Positions 28,001-42,530 of a stretch of DNA of 64,000 bases are shown one piece after another. The DNA lies in assembly GCF_039654945.1 (NCBI RefSeq), contig NW_027361869.1:8122001-8186000 (forward strand). The letters are read 5' to 3'. The DNA is from Dendrobates tinctorius. Lineage: Eukaryota. A program made the position numbers and the translations under genes. Position 1 is the first letter of the stretch, and each line of letters opens with the position of its first letter. A model generated the notes under the pieces. The model ran no database searches. It was given only the letters and a program-made list of their open reading frames with translations, and was not told the origin of the DNA.

Positions 28001-28584
28001 ATACACCTCTGCGGCCACAAGGTGGTGGTACTGATCATACAGCTCTGCAGGGAGGAGGTGGTGGCACTGATCACACAGCTCTGAAAGGAATAGGTGGTGG
28101 CACTGATCATACAGTTCTGCAGTGACGAGGTGGTGGCACTAACCATACAGTTCTGAAGTGACTAGGTGGTGGCACTAATCATACAGCTTTGCAGGGATGA
28201 GGTAGTGGCACAGATCGTACAGCTCTGCAGGGAAGAGGTGGTGACACTGATCATACAGTTTTGCAAGGATGAGGTGTGGCACTGATCATACAGCTTTGCG
28301 GGGACAATGTGGTTGCACTGATTATATATATCTTTAGGGATAAGTTGGATGCACTGATCATGCGGTTCTGCAGGGATGAGGTTGTGGCACTGATCATACA
28401 GCTCTGCGGGGACAAGGTGGTGACACTGATCATACACCTCTGCGGCGACAAGGTGGTGGTACTGATCATACAGCTCAACAGGGAGGAGGTGGTGGCACTG
28501 ATCATACAGCTCTGAAGGGAATAGGTGGTGGCACAGATCATACAGCTCTGCAGGGAATAGATGGTGGCACTGATCATACGGTTC

Positions 28585-28835
28585 TGATGATATTGGAGAC
28601 TGCGGGCAGACAGTCACTGGCGTTCTGTATTACAGAGGGGTAAGGTCGGGGGAAGACGTATACAGTTGTGTGTCATCAGCATAAAGATGGTACCGAAAGC
28701 CAAATTTGCTGATGGTCTGTCCAATTGGGGCTGTATAGAGAGGGAAGAGATGGGGGCCAAGGACTGAGCCCTGAGGTACCCAGACAGCAAGAGGAAGAGG
28801 AGATGAAGTGGAGCCAGCGAACAAAACACTGAAGA
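28585..28835 (-). mobile_element. L2 RT-core fragment, copy 3
   Basis: QGSVLGP...YADD. Confidence 0.9.
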
Positions 28836-28998
28836 ACTCTGCAGGGACGAGGTGGTGGCACCGATCATACAGGTCAGCAGGGACGAGGTGGTGGCACTCA
28901 TTATAGAGCTCTGACGGGATGAAGTGGTGGCACTGATCATACAGGCCAAAATTGGGGTACTGGGTATGGCATGCGGATGGAGAGCACATTGATGCTGG

Positions 28999-29157
<159 letters not shown>

Positions 29158-29481
29158 TCATACAGCTCTGCATTGACGAGGTGGTGGAACTGTTCATGCA
29201 GTTCTGCAGGGATGAGGTTGTGGCACTGATCATACAGCTCTGCAGGGAGGAGAGGAGGTAGTGGCACAGATCATACAGCCCTGCAGTGACGAGGTGGTGG
29301 CACTGATCATACAGTTCTGCAGGGACAAGGTGGTGACACTGATCATACACCTCTGCAGCGACAAGGTGGTGGTACTTATCATACAGCTCTGCGAGGACCA
29401 GGTGGTGGCACTGATCATAAAGCTCTGCAGAGAGGAGGTGGTGGCACTGATTAGACAGCTTTGCAGGGAGGAGATGTTGGC

Positions 29482-30278
29482 TGTTGTGAGTTCATTTTCC
29501 CCTTCACTACTGAGGCCCGATGAACTCCCTCTTCTGGTAAAGAAAGGTAGTGAGCCTGATTATCAAACACCTGAGCCTAATGATGATGACTGGCTGAGTG
29601 GAGTTACTGACTGGATATAAGGCCGCCGACGCCCTTCTGCCCTGCGGGTGATTTCTCTGTGGGATCCTTGGAAACCAGTCTGAATTCCTGGTCTTCTAAA
29701 GCTAAGTTTTCTGCTCGGCTTTTTGCATTTGTGCTTTGACTTTGTTTTGCTTTGTTTTTCTGGATTTCTGCCATTCCCTGCTGGGGTGAGCTGAATTCCT
29801 TTAGCTCTGTCTTCTGAAAATACCTGAGTGCTGATTTAGTTTTTGAAGCCTAGCTGCTTCAGGGTCTTTTTCCATATCAGCTTGTTGGCTTATGTCTTTG
29901 ATATGGTTTTGGCAGATTGCAGACAGCAACCTTCCTTTCCTGTTCTGTTTAGTTAGCTTGGGCCCCATCGTTTGCTCAGCCTATCTTTCTATCTGTGTGA
30001 GTGTTTTTTCATCTTGCTTCACCGTCATTATATGTTGGGGGCTGCCTTTTACTTTGGGGTCTGCTCTGGGGCAGTTTAGATTTCCTTTTCTGTCTTTAGG
30101 CTATTTAGCTCTCCGGCTGTGATCGAGGGGTCTAGGGCACCGTAGGAACCCCCCACGGCTGCTGCTAGTTTTGTTGATAGGTTCATGGGTCTGCAATCTG
30201 ATAGTTGCCAACTTCTCTGGTTTTCTGGACGTAGCTTCTATTTTTGTGTCTGCCTCCTACGCTGACTCAATCATAACA
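29482..30278 (+). mobile_element. Solo LTR (797 bp) of the Gypsy element
   Basis: TGTTG...TAACA, homologous to 35488-36284, flanked by GTTGGC direct repeat. Confidence 0.95.
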
Positions 30279-32684
30279 GTTGGCACTGATCATACAGCTC
30301 TGCAGGGAGTAAGTGGTGGCACTGATCATACAGCTCTGCGGGGACAAAGTGGTGGCACTTATGTTACAGCTTTGCGGGGACAAGGTCGTGGCACTGATCA
30401 TACAGCTCTGCAGGAAGGAGTTGGTGGCACTGAACATACAGCTCAGCGTGGACAAGGTGGTGGCACTGATCTTAAAGCTCTACAAGGATGAGGTGGTGGT
30501 ACTAATCATACAGCTCTGCAGGGAGGAGGTGGTGGCATTGATCATACAGCTCTGCGGGGACAAGATGGTGGCACTGATGATAAAGCTCTGCAGGGATGAT
30601 GTGGTGGCACTGATCGTACAGGTCTGCAGGGATGAGGTGGTAGCACTCATCATATAGCTCTGCAGGGACAAGGTGGTGGCACTGATCATACAGCTTTGCG
30701 CGGACAAGGTGGTGGCACTGATCATATAGCTCTGAGGGGATGACGTGGTGGCACTGATCAAATAGCTCTGCAGGGATTAGGTGGTGGCAATGATCATACA
30801 GCTCTGCAAGGAGTAGGCGGTGGCACTGATCATACAGCTCTGCGGGTACTAGGTGGTGGTACAGATCATACTGCTCTGTGCTGACCAACTGGTGGCACTG
30901 ATCATACAACTTTGTGGTGACAAGGTGGTGGCACTGATTATACAATTCTGCGGCTACAAGGTGGTGGCACTGATCACACAGGTCTGCAGGGAAAAGGTGG
31001 TGGCACTGAACATACAGCTCAGCACGGACAAGGTGGTGGCAATGATCAGACAGCTCTACAGGGAGGAGGTTGTGGCACTGAACATACTAGTTTGCAGGGA
31101 TGAGGTAGTGGCACTGATCATACAGCTCTGCAGGTATGAGTTGGTGTCACTGAAGATACAGCTGTGCAGGGATGAGGTGGTTGCACTGATCATGCAGCTC
31201 TGTGGGGAGGAGTTGGTGGCACTGATCATGCAGCTCTGCAAGGACGAGGTGTTGGCACTGATCATACAGCTCTACAGGGATGAGATAGTGGCTCAGATCA
31301 TACAGCTCTCCAGGGACGAGGAGGTGGCACTGATCATACACCTCTGCGGGGACAATGTGGTGACACTGATTATACACGTCTGTGGCGACAAGGTGCTGGT
31401 ACTGATCATACAGCTCTGCAGGGAGGAGGTGGTGGCACTGATCATACAGCTCTGAAGGGAATAGGTGGTGGCACTGATCATAAAGTTCTGCAGTGACGAG
31501 GTGGTGGCACTAATCATACAGCTCAGCAGGGAGGAGGTGGTGGCACTGATCATACAGCTCAGCAGGGAGGAGGTGGTGACACTGATTATACAGCTCTGCA
31601 GGGATGAGGTAGTGGCACAGATCCTACAGACCTGCAGGGACAAGGTGGTGGCACTGATCATACAGCTTTGCGGGGACAATGTGGTTGCACTGATTATACA
31701 TCTCTTTAGGTATAAGTTGGAGGCACTGATCATGCGGTTCTGAAGGGATGAGGTTGTGGCACTGATCATACAGCTCTGCAGGGATGAGGTAGTGGCACAG
31801 ATCATACAGCTCTGCAGGGATGAGGTAGTGGCACAGATCATACAGCTCTGCAGAGAGGAGATGGTGACTCTGATTATACAGCTTTGCAGTGAGGATATGG
31901 TGGCACTGATCATACAGCTCTGCGGGGACGATTTGATGGCACTGATCATACAGCTCTGCTCGGACAAAGTGTTGGCACTTATGATACAGCTTTGTGGGGA
32001 CAAGGTGGTGGCACTGATCATACAGCTCTGCAGTGACGAGTTCGTGGCACTGATTATGCAGTTCTGCAGGGATGAGGTAGTGGCACCGATCATACAGCTC
32101 TGCAGGGATGATTCAGTAGCACAGATCATACAGCCCTGCAGGGATGAAGTGGTGGCACTGATCATACAGCTCTGCAGGGAAAAGTTGGTGACACTGATCA
32201 TACACCTCTGTGGCGACAAGGTGGTGGTACTGATCATACAGCTCTGCAAGGACCAGGTGGTGGCATTGATCATAAAGCTCTGCAGGGATGAGGTGGTGGC
32301 ACTGATCATACAGCTCTGCAGAGAGGAGGTGGTGGCACTGATTATACAGCTTTACAGGGAGGAGATGGTGGCACTGATCATACAGCTCTGTGGGGACAAT
32401 TTGATGGCACTGATCATACAGCTCTGCTCGGACAAAGTAGTGGCACTTATGATACAGCTTTGCGGGGACAAGGTGGTGGCACTGAACATATAGCTCAGCG
32501 TGGACAAGGTGGTGGCTCTGATCTTAAAGCTCTATAAGGATTAGGTGGAGGTACTAATCATACAGCTCTGCAGGGAGGAGGTGGTGGCCCTGATCATACA
32601 GCTCTGCGGGGACAAGGTGGTGGCACTGATCATGTAGCCCTGAGCGGAGGACGTGGTGGCACTGATCATACAGCTCTGCAAGGA

Positions 32685-32851
32685 AAAAATAACTCGAAGA
32701 TGGATGGGAATGAGAAATCCCACAGGATAAAAAAGATGCTACATGAATGATAAAAATAATAACAATGATAATAATAAATGGCACAATTTTTATTTTTTTA
32801 AATAAAGATGCCTTTATTAAAATATTGACACAACAATTAAGTGCATTAAAA

Positions 32852-32882
<31 letters not shown>

Positions 32883-33223
32883 TAGATATATATTAGAGTA
32901 TACAATCACATTAGCCATGTGTTTATGGATAATGGAAAACCAATCCATATCAAAAATTCTTAATTAATGAACCAGGTACAAAAATGCATATATATAGTGA
33001 CACAAGGATAATTACATAAAAAGAAAATAAATATATGTATAATGAATGTGCCCAAAGTGCAGAGGTGCAGCTGTGCAAAAAATTCAAATCGCACTAAGGC
33101 GTGTGCAACAAAACACAAAGTGTAAAATACCTGTAAGCCGATTGACGCTACGTGAGTTGTATAAGAACATGCCCCCACGGGCGTTTCGGAAATAAATCTC
33201 CTTCGTCAGGTGGATAGATACGC
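32685..33223 (-). mobile_element. Penelope-like insert, copy 3
   Basis: Near-identical to 16278-16797; hammerhead at about 33172-33214 with GUG triplet. Confidence 0.6.
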
Positions 33224-34554
33224 CTGCAAGGAGTAGGCGGTGGCACTGATCATACAGCTCTGCGGGGACTAGGTGGTGGTAATGATCATACAGCTCTGTG
33301 CTGACCAACTGGTGGCACTGATCATACAGCTTTGCGGTGACAATGTGGTGGCACTGATTATACAGTTCGGCGGCGACAGGGTGGTGACACTGATCATACA
33401 GCTCTGCATGGAAAGGTGGTGGCACTGAACAAACAGCTCTGCAGGGAAAAGGTGGTGGCACTGAACATACAGCTCAGCGCGGACAAGGTGGTGGCACTGA
33501 TCAGACAGCTCTACAGGGAGGAGGTGGTGGCACTGAACATACTTGTTTGCCGGGATGAGTTAGTGGCACTGATTATACAGCTCTGCAGTGAGAGGTGGTG
33601 GCACTGAAGATACAGCTCTACAGGGATGAGGTGGTTGCACTGATCATAAGGATCTGCAGGGACAAGGTTGTGTCACTGATCTTAAAGCTCTGCAGGGATG
33701 AGGTGGTGGCACTGATCATACAGTTCTGCAGGGAGGAGGTGGTGGCACTGATCATACAGCTCTGTGTGGATAAGATGGTGGCAATGATCATACAGCTCTG
33801 CAGGGAGGAGTTGGTGGCACTGATCATACAGCTCTGCAAGGATGAGGTGTTGGCACTGATCATACAGCTTTGCGGGGACAATGTGGTTGCACTGATTATA
33901 TATCTCTTTAGGGATAAGTTGGAGGCACTGATCATGCGGTTCTGCAGGGAAAAGGTGGTGGCACTGAACATACAGCTCAGCGAGGACAAGGAGGTGGTAC
34001 TGATCAGACAGCTCTACAGGGAGGAGGTGGTGGCACTGAACATACTTGTTTACAGGGATGAGGTAGTAGCACTGATCATACAGCTCTGCAGGGATGAGGT
34101 GGTTGCACTGATCATACAGCTCTTTGGGAAGGAGGCGGTGGCACTGATCATAAGGCTCTACAGGGACCAGGTTGTGTCACTGATCTTACAGCTCTGCATG
34201 GATGAGGTGGTGGCACTGATCATACAGTTCTGCAGGGAGGAGGTGGTGGCACTGATCATACAGCTTTGCGGGGACAATGTGGTTGCACTGATTATATATG
34301 TCTTTAGGGATAAGTTGGAGGCACTGATCATGCGGTTCTGCAGGGATGAGGTTGTGGCACTGATCATACTGCTCTGCGGGGACAAGGTGGTGACACTGAT
34401 CATACACCTCTGCGGCGACAAGGTGGTGGTACTGATCATACAGCTCTGCAGGGAGGAGGTGGTGGCACTGATCACACAGCTCTGAAGGGAATAGGTGGTG
34501 GCACTGATCATACAGCTCTGCAGGGAATAGATGGTGGCACTGATCATAGAGTTC

Positions 34555-34805
34555 TGATGATATTGGAGACTGCGGACAGACTGTCACTGGCGTTCTGTAT
34601 TACAGAGGGGTAAGGTCGGGGGAAGACGTATACAGTTGTGTGTCATCAGCATAAAGATGGTACCGAAAGCCAAATTTGCTGATGGTCTGTCCAATTGGGG
34701 ATGTATAGAGCAAGAAGAGATGGGGGCCAAGGACTGAGCCCTGAGGTACCCAGAAAGCAAGAGGAAGAGGAGATGAAGTGGAGCCAGCGAACAAAACACT
34801 GAAGA
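34555..34805 (-). mobile_element. L2 RT-core fragment, copy 4
   Basis: QGSVLGP...YADD. Confidence 0.9.
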
Positions 34806-35004
34806 ACTCTGCAGAGACGAGGTGGTGGCACCGATCATACAGGTCAGCAGGGACGAGGTGGTGGCACTCATTATAGAGCTCTGCAGGGATGAAGTGGTGG
34901 CACTGATCATACAGCTCTGCGGGGAGGAGGAGGTGGCACTGATCATACAGGCCAAAATTGGGGTACTGGGTATGGCATGCGGATGGAGAGCACATTGATG
35001 CTGG

Positions 35005-35163
<159 letters not shown>

Positions 35164-35487
35164 TCATACAGCTCTGCATTGACGAGGTGGTGGAACTGTT
35201 CATGCAGTTCTGCAGGGATGAGGTTGTGGCACTGATCATACAGCTCTGCAGGGAGGAGAGGAGGTAGTGGCACAGATCATACAGCCCTGCAGTGACGAGG
35301 TGGTGGCACTGATCATACAGTTCTGCAGGGACAAGGTGGTGACACTGATCATACACCTCTGCAGCGACAAGGTGGTGGTACTTATCATACAGCTCTGCGA
35401 GGACCAGGTGGTGGCACTGATCATAAAGCTCTGCAGAGAGGAGGTGGTGGCACTGATTAGACAGCTTTGCAGGGAGGAGATGTTGGC

Positions 35488-38400
35488 TGTTGTGAGTTCA
35501 TTTTCCCCTTCACTACTGAGGCCCGATGAACTCCCTCTTCTGGTAAAGAAAGGTAGTGAGCCTGATTATCAAACACCTGAGCCTAATGATGATGACTGGC
35601 TGAGTGGAGTTACTGACTGGATATAAGGCCGCCGACGCCCTTCTGCCCTGCGGGTGATTTCTCTGTGGGATCCTTGGAGACCAGTCTGAATTCCTGCTCT
35701 TCTAAAGCTAAGTTTTCTGCTCGGCTTTTTGCATTTGTGCTTTGACTTTGTTTTGCTTTGTTTTTCCGGATTTCTGCCATTCCCTGCTGGGGTGAGCTGA
35801 ATTCCTTTAGCTCTGTCCTCTGAAAATACCTTAGTGCTGATTTAGTTTTTGAAGCCTAGCTGCTTCAGGGTCTTTTTCCATATCAGCTTGTTGGCTTATG
35901 TCTTTGATATGGTTTTGGCAGATTGCAGACAGCAACCTTTCTTTCCTGTTCTGTTTAGTTAGCTTGAGCCCCATTGTTTGCTCAGCCTATCTTTCTATCT
36001 GTGTGAGTGTTTTTTCATCTTGCGTCACCGTCATTATATGTTGGGGGCTGCCTTTTACTTTGGGGTCTGCTCTGGGGCAGTTTAGATTTCCTTTTCTGTC
36101 TTTAGGCTATTTAGCTCTCCGGCTGTGATTGAGGGGTCTAGGGCACCGTAGGAACCCCCCACGGCTACTGCTAGTTGTGTTGATAGGTTCAGGGGTCTGC
36201 AGTCTGATAGTTGCCAACTTCTCTGGTTTTCTGGACGTAGCTTCTATTTTTGTGTCTGCCTCCTACGGTGACTCAATCATAACAGAATCACCCGCCATAC
36301 CGCAGATCCTAGGGTACTCAATAGCAGGAAAGAATTGTAAAAAAAAAAAAAAAAAAGTGTGTATATTTTTTCCTCTATATCTCTGAGGCCGTAGGGGGAT
36401 TTTTTTTTTTTCTCTCAATGGAGATAAAGCAATTGTCTGATCGTGTGGAGCAGCTCGCTGCGGAAGTGCGTGGAATTTCCGCCTACCTTGCTCATTCACA
36501 TGCTGCTGAACCAAAGATTCCTACACCTGATGTATTTTTTGGGGATCGGTCTAAATTTTTGAATTTCAAAAATAATTGTAAATTATTTTTTGCCTTGAAG
36601 CCTAACTCGTCAGGGAGCTCCGCGCAGCAGGTTAAAATTGTCATCTCTTTGCTGCGTGGCGATCCCCAGGATTGGGCGTTTTCTTTGAAACCAGATGATC
36701 CTTTTCTGACTAATGTGAACGCATTTTTTCAAGCCTTGGGGTTGTTGTATGACAAACCTAATGCCATTGATCAGGCTGAAAAGACCCTGCTGGCATTGAA
36801 CCAGGATCGAGATTCTGCAGAATTGTACTGTCAAAAATTCCGAAAATGGGCAGTACTTACTACCTGGAATGATAATGTCTTGGCTGCTCTCTTTCGGAAG
36901 GGGTTGTCAGAAGCCGTAAAAGATACTATGGTGGGATTTCCTGTTCCCTCTGGTCTTGACGATTCTATGTCATTAGCTATTCAGGTTGATCGGCGTTTGC
37001 GCGAACGCAAAACTGCACGAGAGGTGTTGCCACCTGTTGAACAAATGTCTGAACCTATGCAATGTGATAGAGTTTTGTCCAGAGAGCAGCGTCAGGAGTT
37101 CAGAAGGCGTAATAAGTTGTGTTTTTTTTTCTGTGGAGATGCCTCGCATGTTATTTCTGTCTGCCCTAAACGAGAGAAACGCTTTGCACACACGTTTTCT
37201 GTTGGTAGTGTTCAACCTAAGTTTCTTCTGGCTATTACTCTGATCTGCTCCCTGTCCACATTTTCCGCCAAGGCTTTTGTGGATTCGGGAGCAGCCCTAA
37301 ACCTAATGGACTTGGATTTTGCTAAACGTTGTGGATTTCCGATGACACCTCTGCAGACGCCTATCCCTTTGAGGGGGATTGATGCTACTCCTTTGGCTAA
37401 AAATAAACCTCAGTTTTGGACCCAGGTGGTAATGCGGGTCGCCCCAGACCATCAAGAAAATTGCAGATTTTTGGTGTTGCATAATCTGCATGATACTATT
37501 GTTCTGGGGTTTCCCTGGTTACAAATTCATAATCCAGTTTTGGATTGGAAATCTGTGTCTATGGTGAGTTGGGGTTGTCGGTGTGCCTTTAGTGAGGCTC
37601 CGGTGTTTTCCACCTCTCCTCAGTCGCATGATGTTCCTGATTATTTGGCGGACTTTTATGATGTATTTAGTGAGAATGAGTCTGCGTCTCTGCCTCCTCA
37701 TAGGAGTTATGACTGTGCAATTGAACTGAGCCCGGGGTGTAAATTTCCCAAGGGTCGGCTCTTCAATTTATCTGTACCCGAGCATGAGGCTATGCGATCC
37801 TATATTAAGGAGGCGTTGGAGAAGGGTCATATTAGACCATCCTCGTCACCCTTAGGTGCCGGTTTTTTTTTTGTAGCCAAAAAGGATGGATCATTAAGAC
37901 CTTGTATTGATTATCGTGCCCTCAACAAAATTACTGTTAAATATCAGTATCCGTTACCCCTGATTTCTGATCTATTCTCCAGAGTTAAAGGTGCTTGCTG
38001 GTTTACCAAGCTTGACCTCGGGGGGCGTATAATCTTATTCGCATTAAGCATGGGGATGAATGGAAGACGGCGTTTAATACTCCGGAGGGACATTTTGAGT
38101 ACCTGGTGATGCCTTTTGGGCTCACTAATGCCCCTTCTGTCTTCCAGTGCTTCATGAACGATATTTTCCGAGATTTTGTCGATAAATTTTTGATTATCTA
38201 TCTGGATGATATTTTGATCTTCTCCAAGGACTGGGATTCTCATGTGGAACATATTCGGACTGTGTTCCGTATCTTGAGGGAGAATTCCCTGTATGTCAAA
38301 GGATCTAAATGCCTTTTTGGAGTACAGAGGATTTCTTTTTTGGGATTTATTTTGTCCCCGTCAACTATTGAAATGGACCCGGCCAAGGTACAGGCCATTT

Positions 38401-41271
38401 ACGATTGGGTTCAGCCCACTTCTTTGAAGGCCCTCCAGAAGTTTTTGGGTTTTGCTAATTTTTATCGGAAATTTATAGCAAAATTTTCTAGTATTGCCAA
38501 GCCATTGACTGATTTGACTAAGAAGGGTGCTGATGTGTTAAATTGGTCTCCGGAGGCTGTTTCTTCCTTTCAGGAGCTGAAGCGAAGATTCACCTCCGCC
38601 CCGGTTTTGCGGCAACCTGATGTCTCACTTCCGTTCCAGGTAGAGGTGGATGCTTCTGAGATTGGTGCAGGAGCTGTTTTGTCCCAAAAGGATCCTGTAA
38701 CATCTAAAATTAATCCCTGTGCTTTCTTTTCCCGAAAGTTCTCTCCATCTGAACGTAACTATGATGTGGGGAATCGGGAACTGTTGGCCATGAAAGGGGC
38801 ATTTGAGGAGTGGAGACATTGGTTGGAGGGAGCTAAGCATCAAGTCGTGGTCCTCACTGACCACAAGAATTTGATTTACCTAGAGTCGGCTAAGCGCTTG
38901 AGCCCTAGACAGGCTAGGTGGGCTTTGTTTTTTTACACGTTTTGATTTTGTGGTTTCTTTTCTTCCTGGAACTAAGAATGTCAAGGCAGACGCCCTCTCT
39001 AGGAGCTTCTTTGCTGATTCTCCTGTGGTGACCAAGCCTGCTACCATCTTAGGCGAAGGGGTAGTTCTTTCTGCCATCTTGCCCGATTTGAGACGTGCTC
39101 TGGAAGAGTTCCAGGAGGACAAACCTGAGCGTTGTCCCAGTGGAAAGTTGTATGTTCCTGATCAGTGGAAGAAGAGAGTGATGTCTGAAGTTCATTGCTG
39201 TGCTTTGGCTGGTCATCCAGGTATTTTTTTTACTAGACATCTGGTGAGTCGATCTTTTTGGTGGCCCTCCTTGTCTCGTGATGTCAGGAATTTTGTGCAG
39301 TCCTGTGGGACGTGCTCCCGGTCTAAATCGTGTTCTCGCTCTAGTGGGTTGTTGATGCCTTTGCCTGTCCCCAAGAGGCCATGGACCCATATTTCAATGG
39401 ATTTCATCTCTCATATGCCTGTCTCTCAAAGGATGACTGTTATTTGGGTGATTTGTGATAGGTTCTCTAAGATGGTTCATCTTGTACCACTCCCTAAGTT
39501 GCCGTCTTCCTCTGAGTTGGTGCCCCTGTTTTTGCAACAGGTGGTTCGCTTGCAAGGGATTCCTGAGAACATTGTATCTGACAGAGGAGTTCAGTTTGTG
39601 TCTAGATTTTGGAGAACTTTCTGTTCCAAGCTGGGAATTCAGTTGTCCTTCTCCACTGCTTTTCACCATCAGACCAATGGGCAGACAGAGAGAACAAACC
39701 AGACCTTTGAGTCATATTTGAGATGTTTTATTTCTGCTGATCAGGATGATTGGGTTTCATTTTTGCCCTTGGCCAAATTTGCTTTAAATAATGGAGCTAG
39801 TTCTGCCACTTTGATGTCACCTTTTTTTGTAACTTTGGGTTTCATCCTCGATTTTCTTCAGGGCAGGTGGAGCCCTCTGCCTGCCCAGGTGTTGACACTG
39901 TGGTGGAGAGAATGCACCAGGTCTGGGACCAAGTGGTGGATAAGTTATCTCTCTCCCAGGAAAAGGCCCAGCGGTTTTCCAACCGACATAGGACCATTGG
40001 TCCCCAGTTTAAGGTTGGTGATATGGTGTGGTTATCATCAAAAAATATTGCTATGAAGGTGGCTCCTCCTAAGTTTAAGCCTAGATTTATTGGACCTTAC
40101 AAGATTTTGGAGATTATTAATCCGTTCTCTTTTCGTTTGGCTCTTCCTGTCACATTTAAAATCCATAATGTGTTCCATAAATCTTTGTTGAAGAGGTTTG
40201 TTGAACCTGTTGTTCCGGGGGTGGCACCTCCAGACCCTGTATTGGTTGAAGGTAACATGGAATATGAGGTAGAGAAAGTACTGGATTCCCGTCTGGCTAG
40301 ACGGAGACTCCAGTATTTGGTTAAGTGGAAGGGTTATGGTCAGGAGGATAATTCCTGGGTCTCTGCCTCTGATATTCATGCCAAAAGATTGGTGCGTGCC
40401 TTTCATCGGTCTCACCCGGATCGCCCTGGTGGCATGGATGAGGGTTCGGTGACCCCTCCTCAAGGGGGAGGTACTGTTGTGAGTTCATTTTCCCCTTCAC
40501 TACTGAGGCCCGATGAACTCCCTCTTCTGGTAAAGAAAGGTAGTGAGCCTGATTATCAAGCACCTGAGCCTAATGATGATGACTGGCTGAGTGGAGTTAC
40601 TGACTGGATATAAGGCCGCCGACGCCCTTCTGCCCTGCGGGTGAATTCTCTGTGGGATCCTTGGAGACCAGTCTGAATTCCTGCTCTTCTAAAGCTAAGT
40701 TTTCTGCTCGGCTTTTTGCATTTGTGCTTTAACTTTGTTTTGCTTTGTTTTTCTGGATTTCTGCCATTCCCTGCTGGGGTGAGCTGAATTCCTTTAGCTC
40801 TGTCTTCTGAAAATAACTGAGTGCTGATTTAGTTTTTGAAGCCTAGCTGCTTCAGGGTCTTTTTCCATATCAGCTTGTTGGCTTATGTCTTTGATAGGGT
40901 TTTGGCAGATTGCAGACAGCAACCTTTCTTTCCTGTTCTGTTTAGTTAGCTTGGGCCCCATCGTTTGCTCAGCCTATATTTCTATCTGTGTGAGTGTTTT
41001 TTCATCTTGCTTCAGCGTCATTATATGTTGGGGGCTGCCTTTTACTTTGGGGTCTGCTCTGGGGCAGTTTAGATTTCCTTTTCTGTCTTTAGCCTAATTA
41101 GCTCTCCGGCTGTGATCGAGGGGTCTAGGGCACCGTAGGAATCCCCCACGGCTACTGCTAGTTGTGTTGATAGGTTCAGGGGTATTCAATCTGATAGTTG
41201 CCAACTTCTCTTTTTTTCTGGACGTAGCTTCTATTTTTGTGTCTGCCTCCTACGGTGACTCAATCATACCA
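35488..41271 (+). mobile_element. Full-length Ty3/Gypsy chromovirus (sushi/Tf1-like) LTR retrotransposon
   Basis: 797-bp LTRs 35488-36284 and 40475-41271 (TG...CA), GTTGGC target duplication, PPT AAGGGGGAGG at about 40462-40471, gag-pol inside. Confidence 0.97.
36418..40613 (+). pseudogene. Gypsy gag-pol polyprotein, frameshifted
   Basis: Gag CCHC knuckle, protease FVDSGA, RT YLDD, RNase H (VDAS, TDHKNL), integrase (GHPG..CxxC, SMDF, SDRG, GQTER), chromodomain EYEVEKVLD..YLVKWKGY; frameshifts near 38020, 38935 and 39825. Confidence 0.93.
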
Positions 41272-42530
41272 GTTGGCACTGATCATACAGCTCTGCAGGG
41301 AGTAGGTGGTGGCACTGATCATACAGCTCTGCGGGGACAAAGTGGTGGCACTTATGTTACAGCTTTGCGGGGACAAGGTGGTGGCACTGATCATACAGCT
41401 CTGCAGGGAGGAGTTGGTGGCACTGAACATACAGCTCAGCGTGGACAAAGTGGTGGCACTGATCTTAAAGCTCTACAAGGATGAGGTGGTGGTACTAATC
41501 ATACAGCTCTGCAGGGAGGAGGTGGTGGCACTGATCATACAGCTCTGCGGGGACAAGATGGAGGCACTGATGATAAGGCTCTGCAGGGATGATGTGGTGG
41601 CACTGATCGTACAGGTCTGCAGGGATGAGGTGGTAGCACTCATCATACAGCTTTGCGTGGACAAGGTGGTGGCACTGATCATATAGCTCTGAGGGGATGA
41701 CGTGGTGGCACTGATCAAATAGCTCTGCAGGGATTAGGTGGTGGCACTGATCATACAGCTCTGCAAGGAGTAGGCGGTGGCACTGATTCAACAGCTGTGC
41801 GAGGAGTAGGCAGTGGTACTGATCATACAGCTCTGTGCTGACCAACTGGTGGCACTGTTCATGCGGTGACAAGGTGGTAGCACTGATTATACAGTTCTGC
41901 GGCGACAAGGTGGGGGCACTGATCATACATGTCTGCAGGGAAAAGGTGGTGGCACTGAACATACAGATCAGCGCGGACAAGGTGGTGGCACTGATCAGAC
42001 AGCTCTACAGGGAGGAGGTTGTGGCACTAAACTGGTTTGCAGGGATGAGGTAGTGGCACTGATTATACAGCTCTGCAGTGAGAGGTGGTGGCACTGAAGA
42101 TACAGCTGTGCAGGGATGAGGTGGTTGCACTGATCATACAGCTCTGCAGGGAGTAGGCGGTGGCACTGATCATACAGCTCTGCGGGGACTTGGTGGTGGT
42201 ACTGATCATACAGCTCTGTGCTGACCAACTGGTGGCACTGATCATACAACTTTGTGGTGACAAGGTGGTGGCACTGATTATACAGTTCTGCGGCTACAAG
42301 GTGGTGGCACTGATCATACAGGTCTGCAGGGATGAGTTGGTGGCACTGATCATGTAGCCCTGAGGGGATGACGTGGTGGCACTGATCAAATAGCTCTGCA
42401 GGGATTAGGTGGTGGCACTGATCTTACAGCTTTGCGGGGACAATGTGATGGCACTGATTATATATCTCTTTAGGGATAAGTTGGAGGCACTGATCATGCG
42501 GTTCTGCAGGGATGAGGTTGTGGCACTGAT

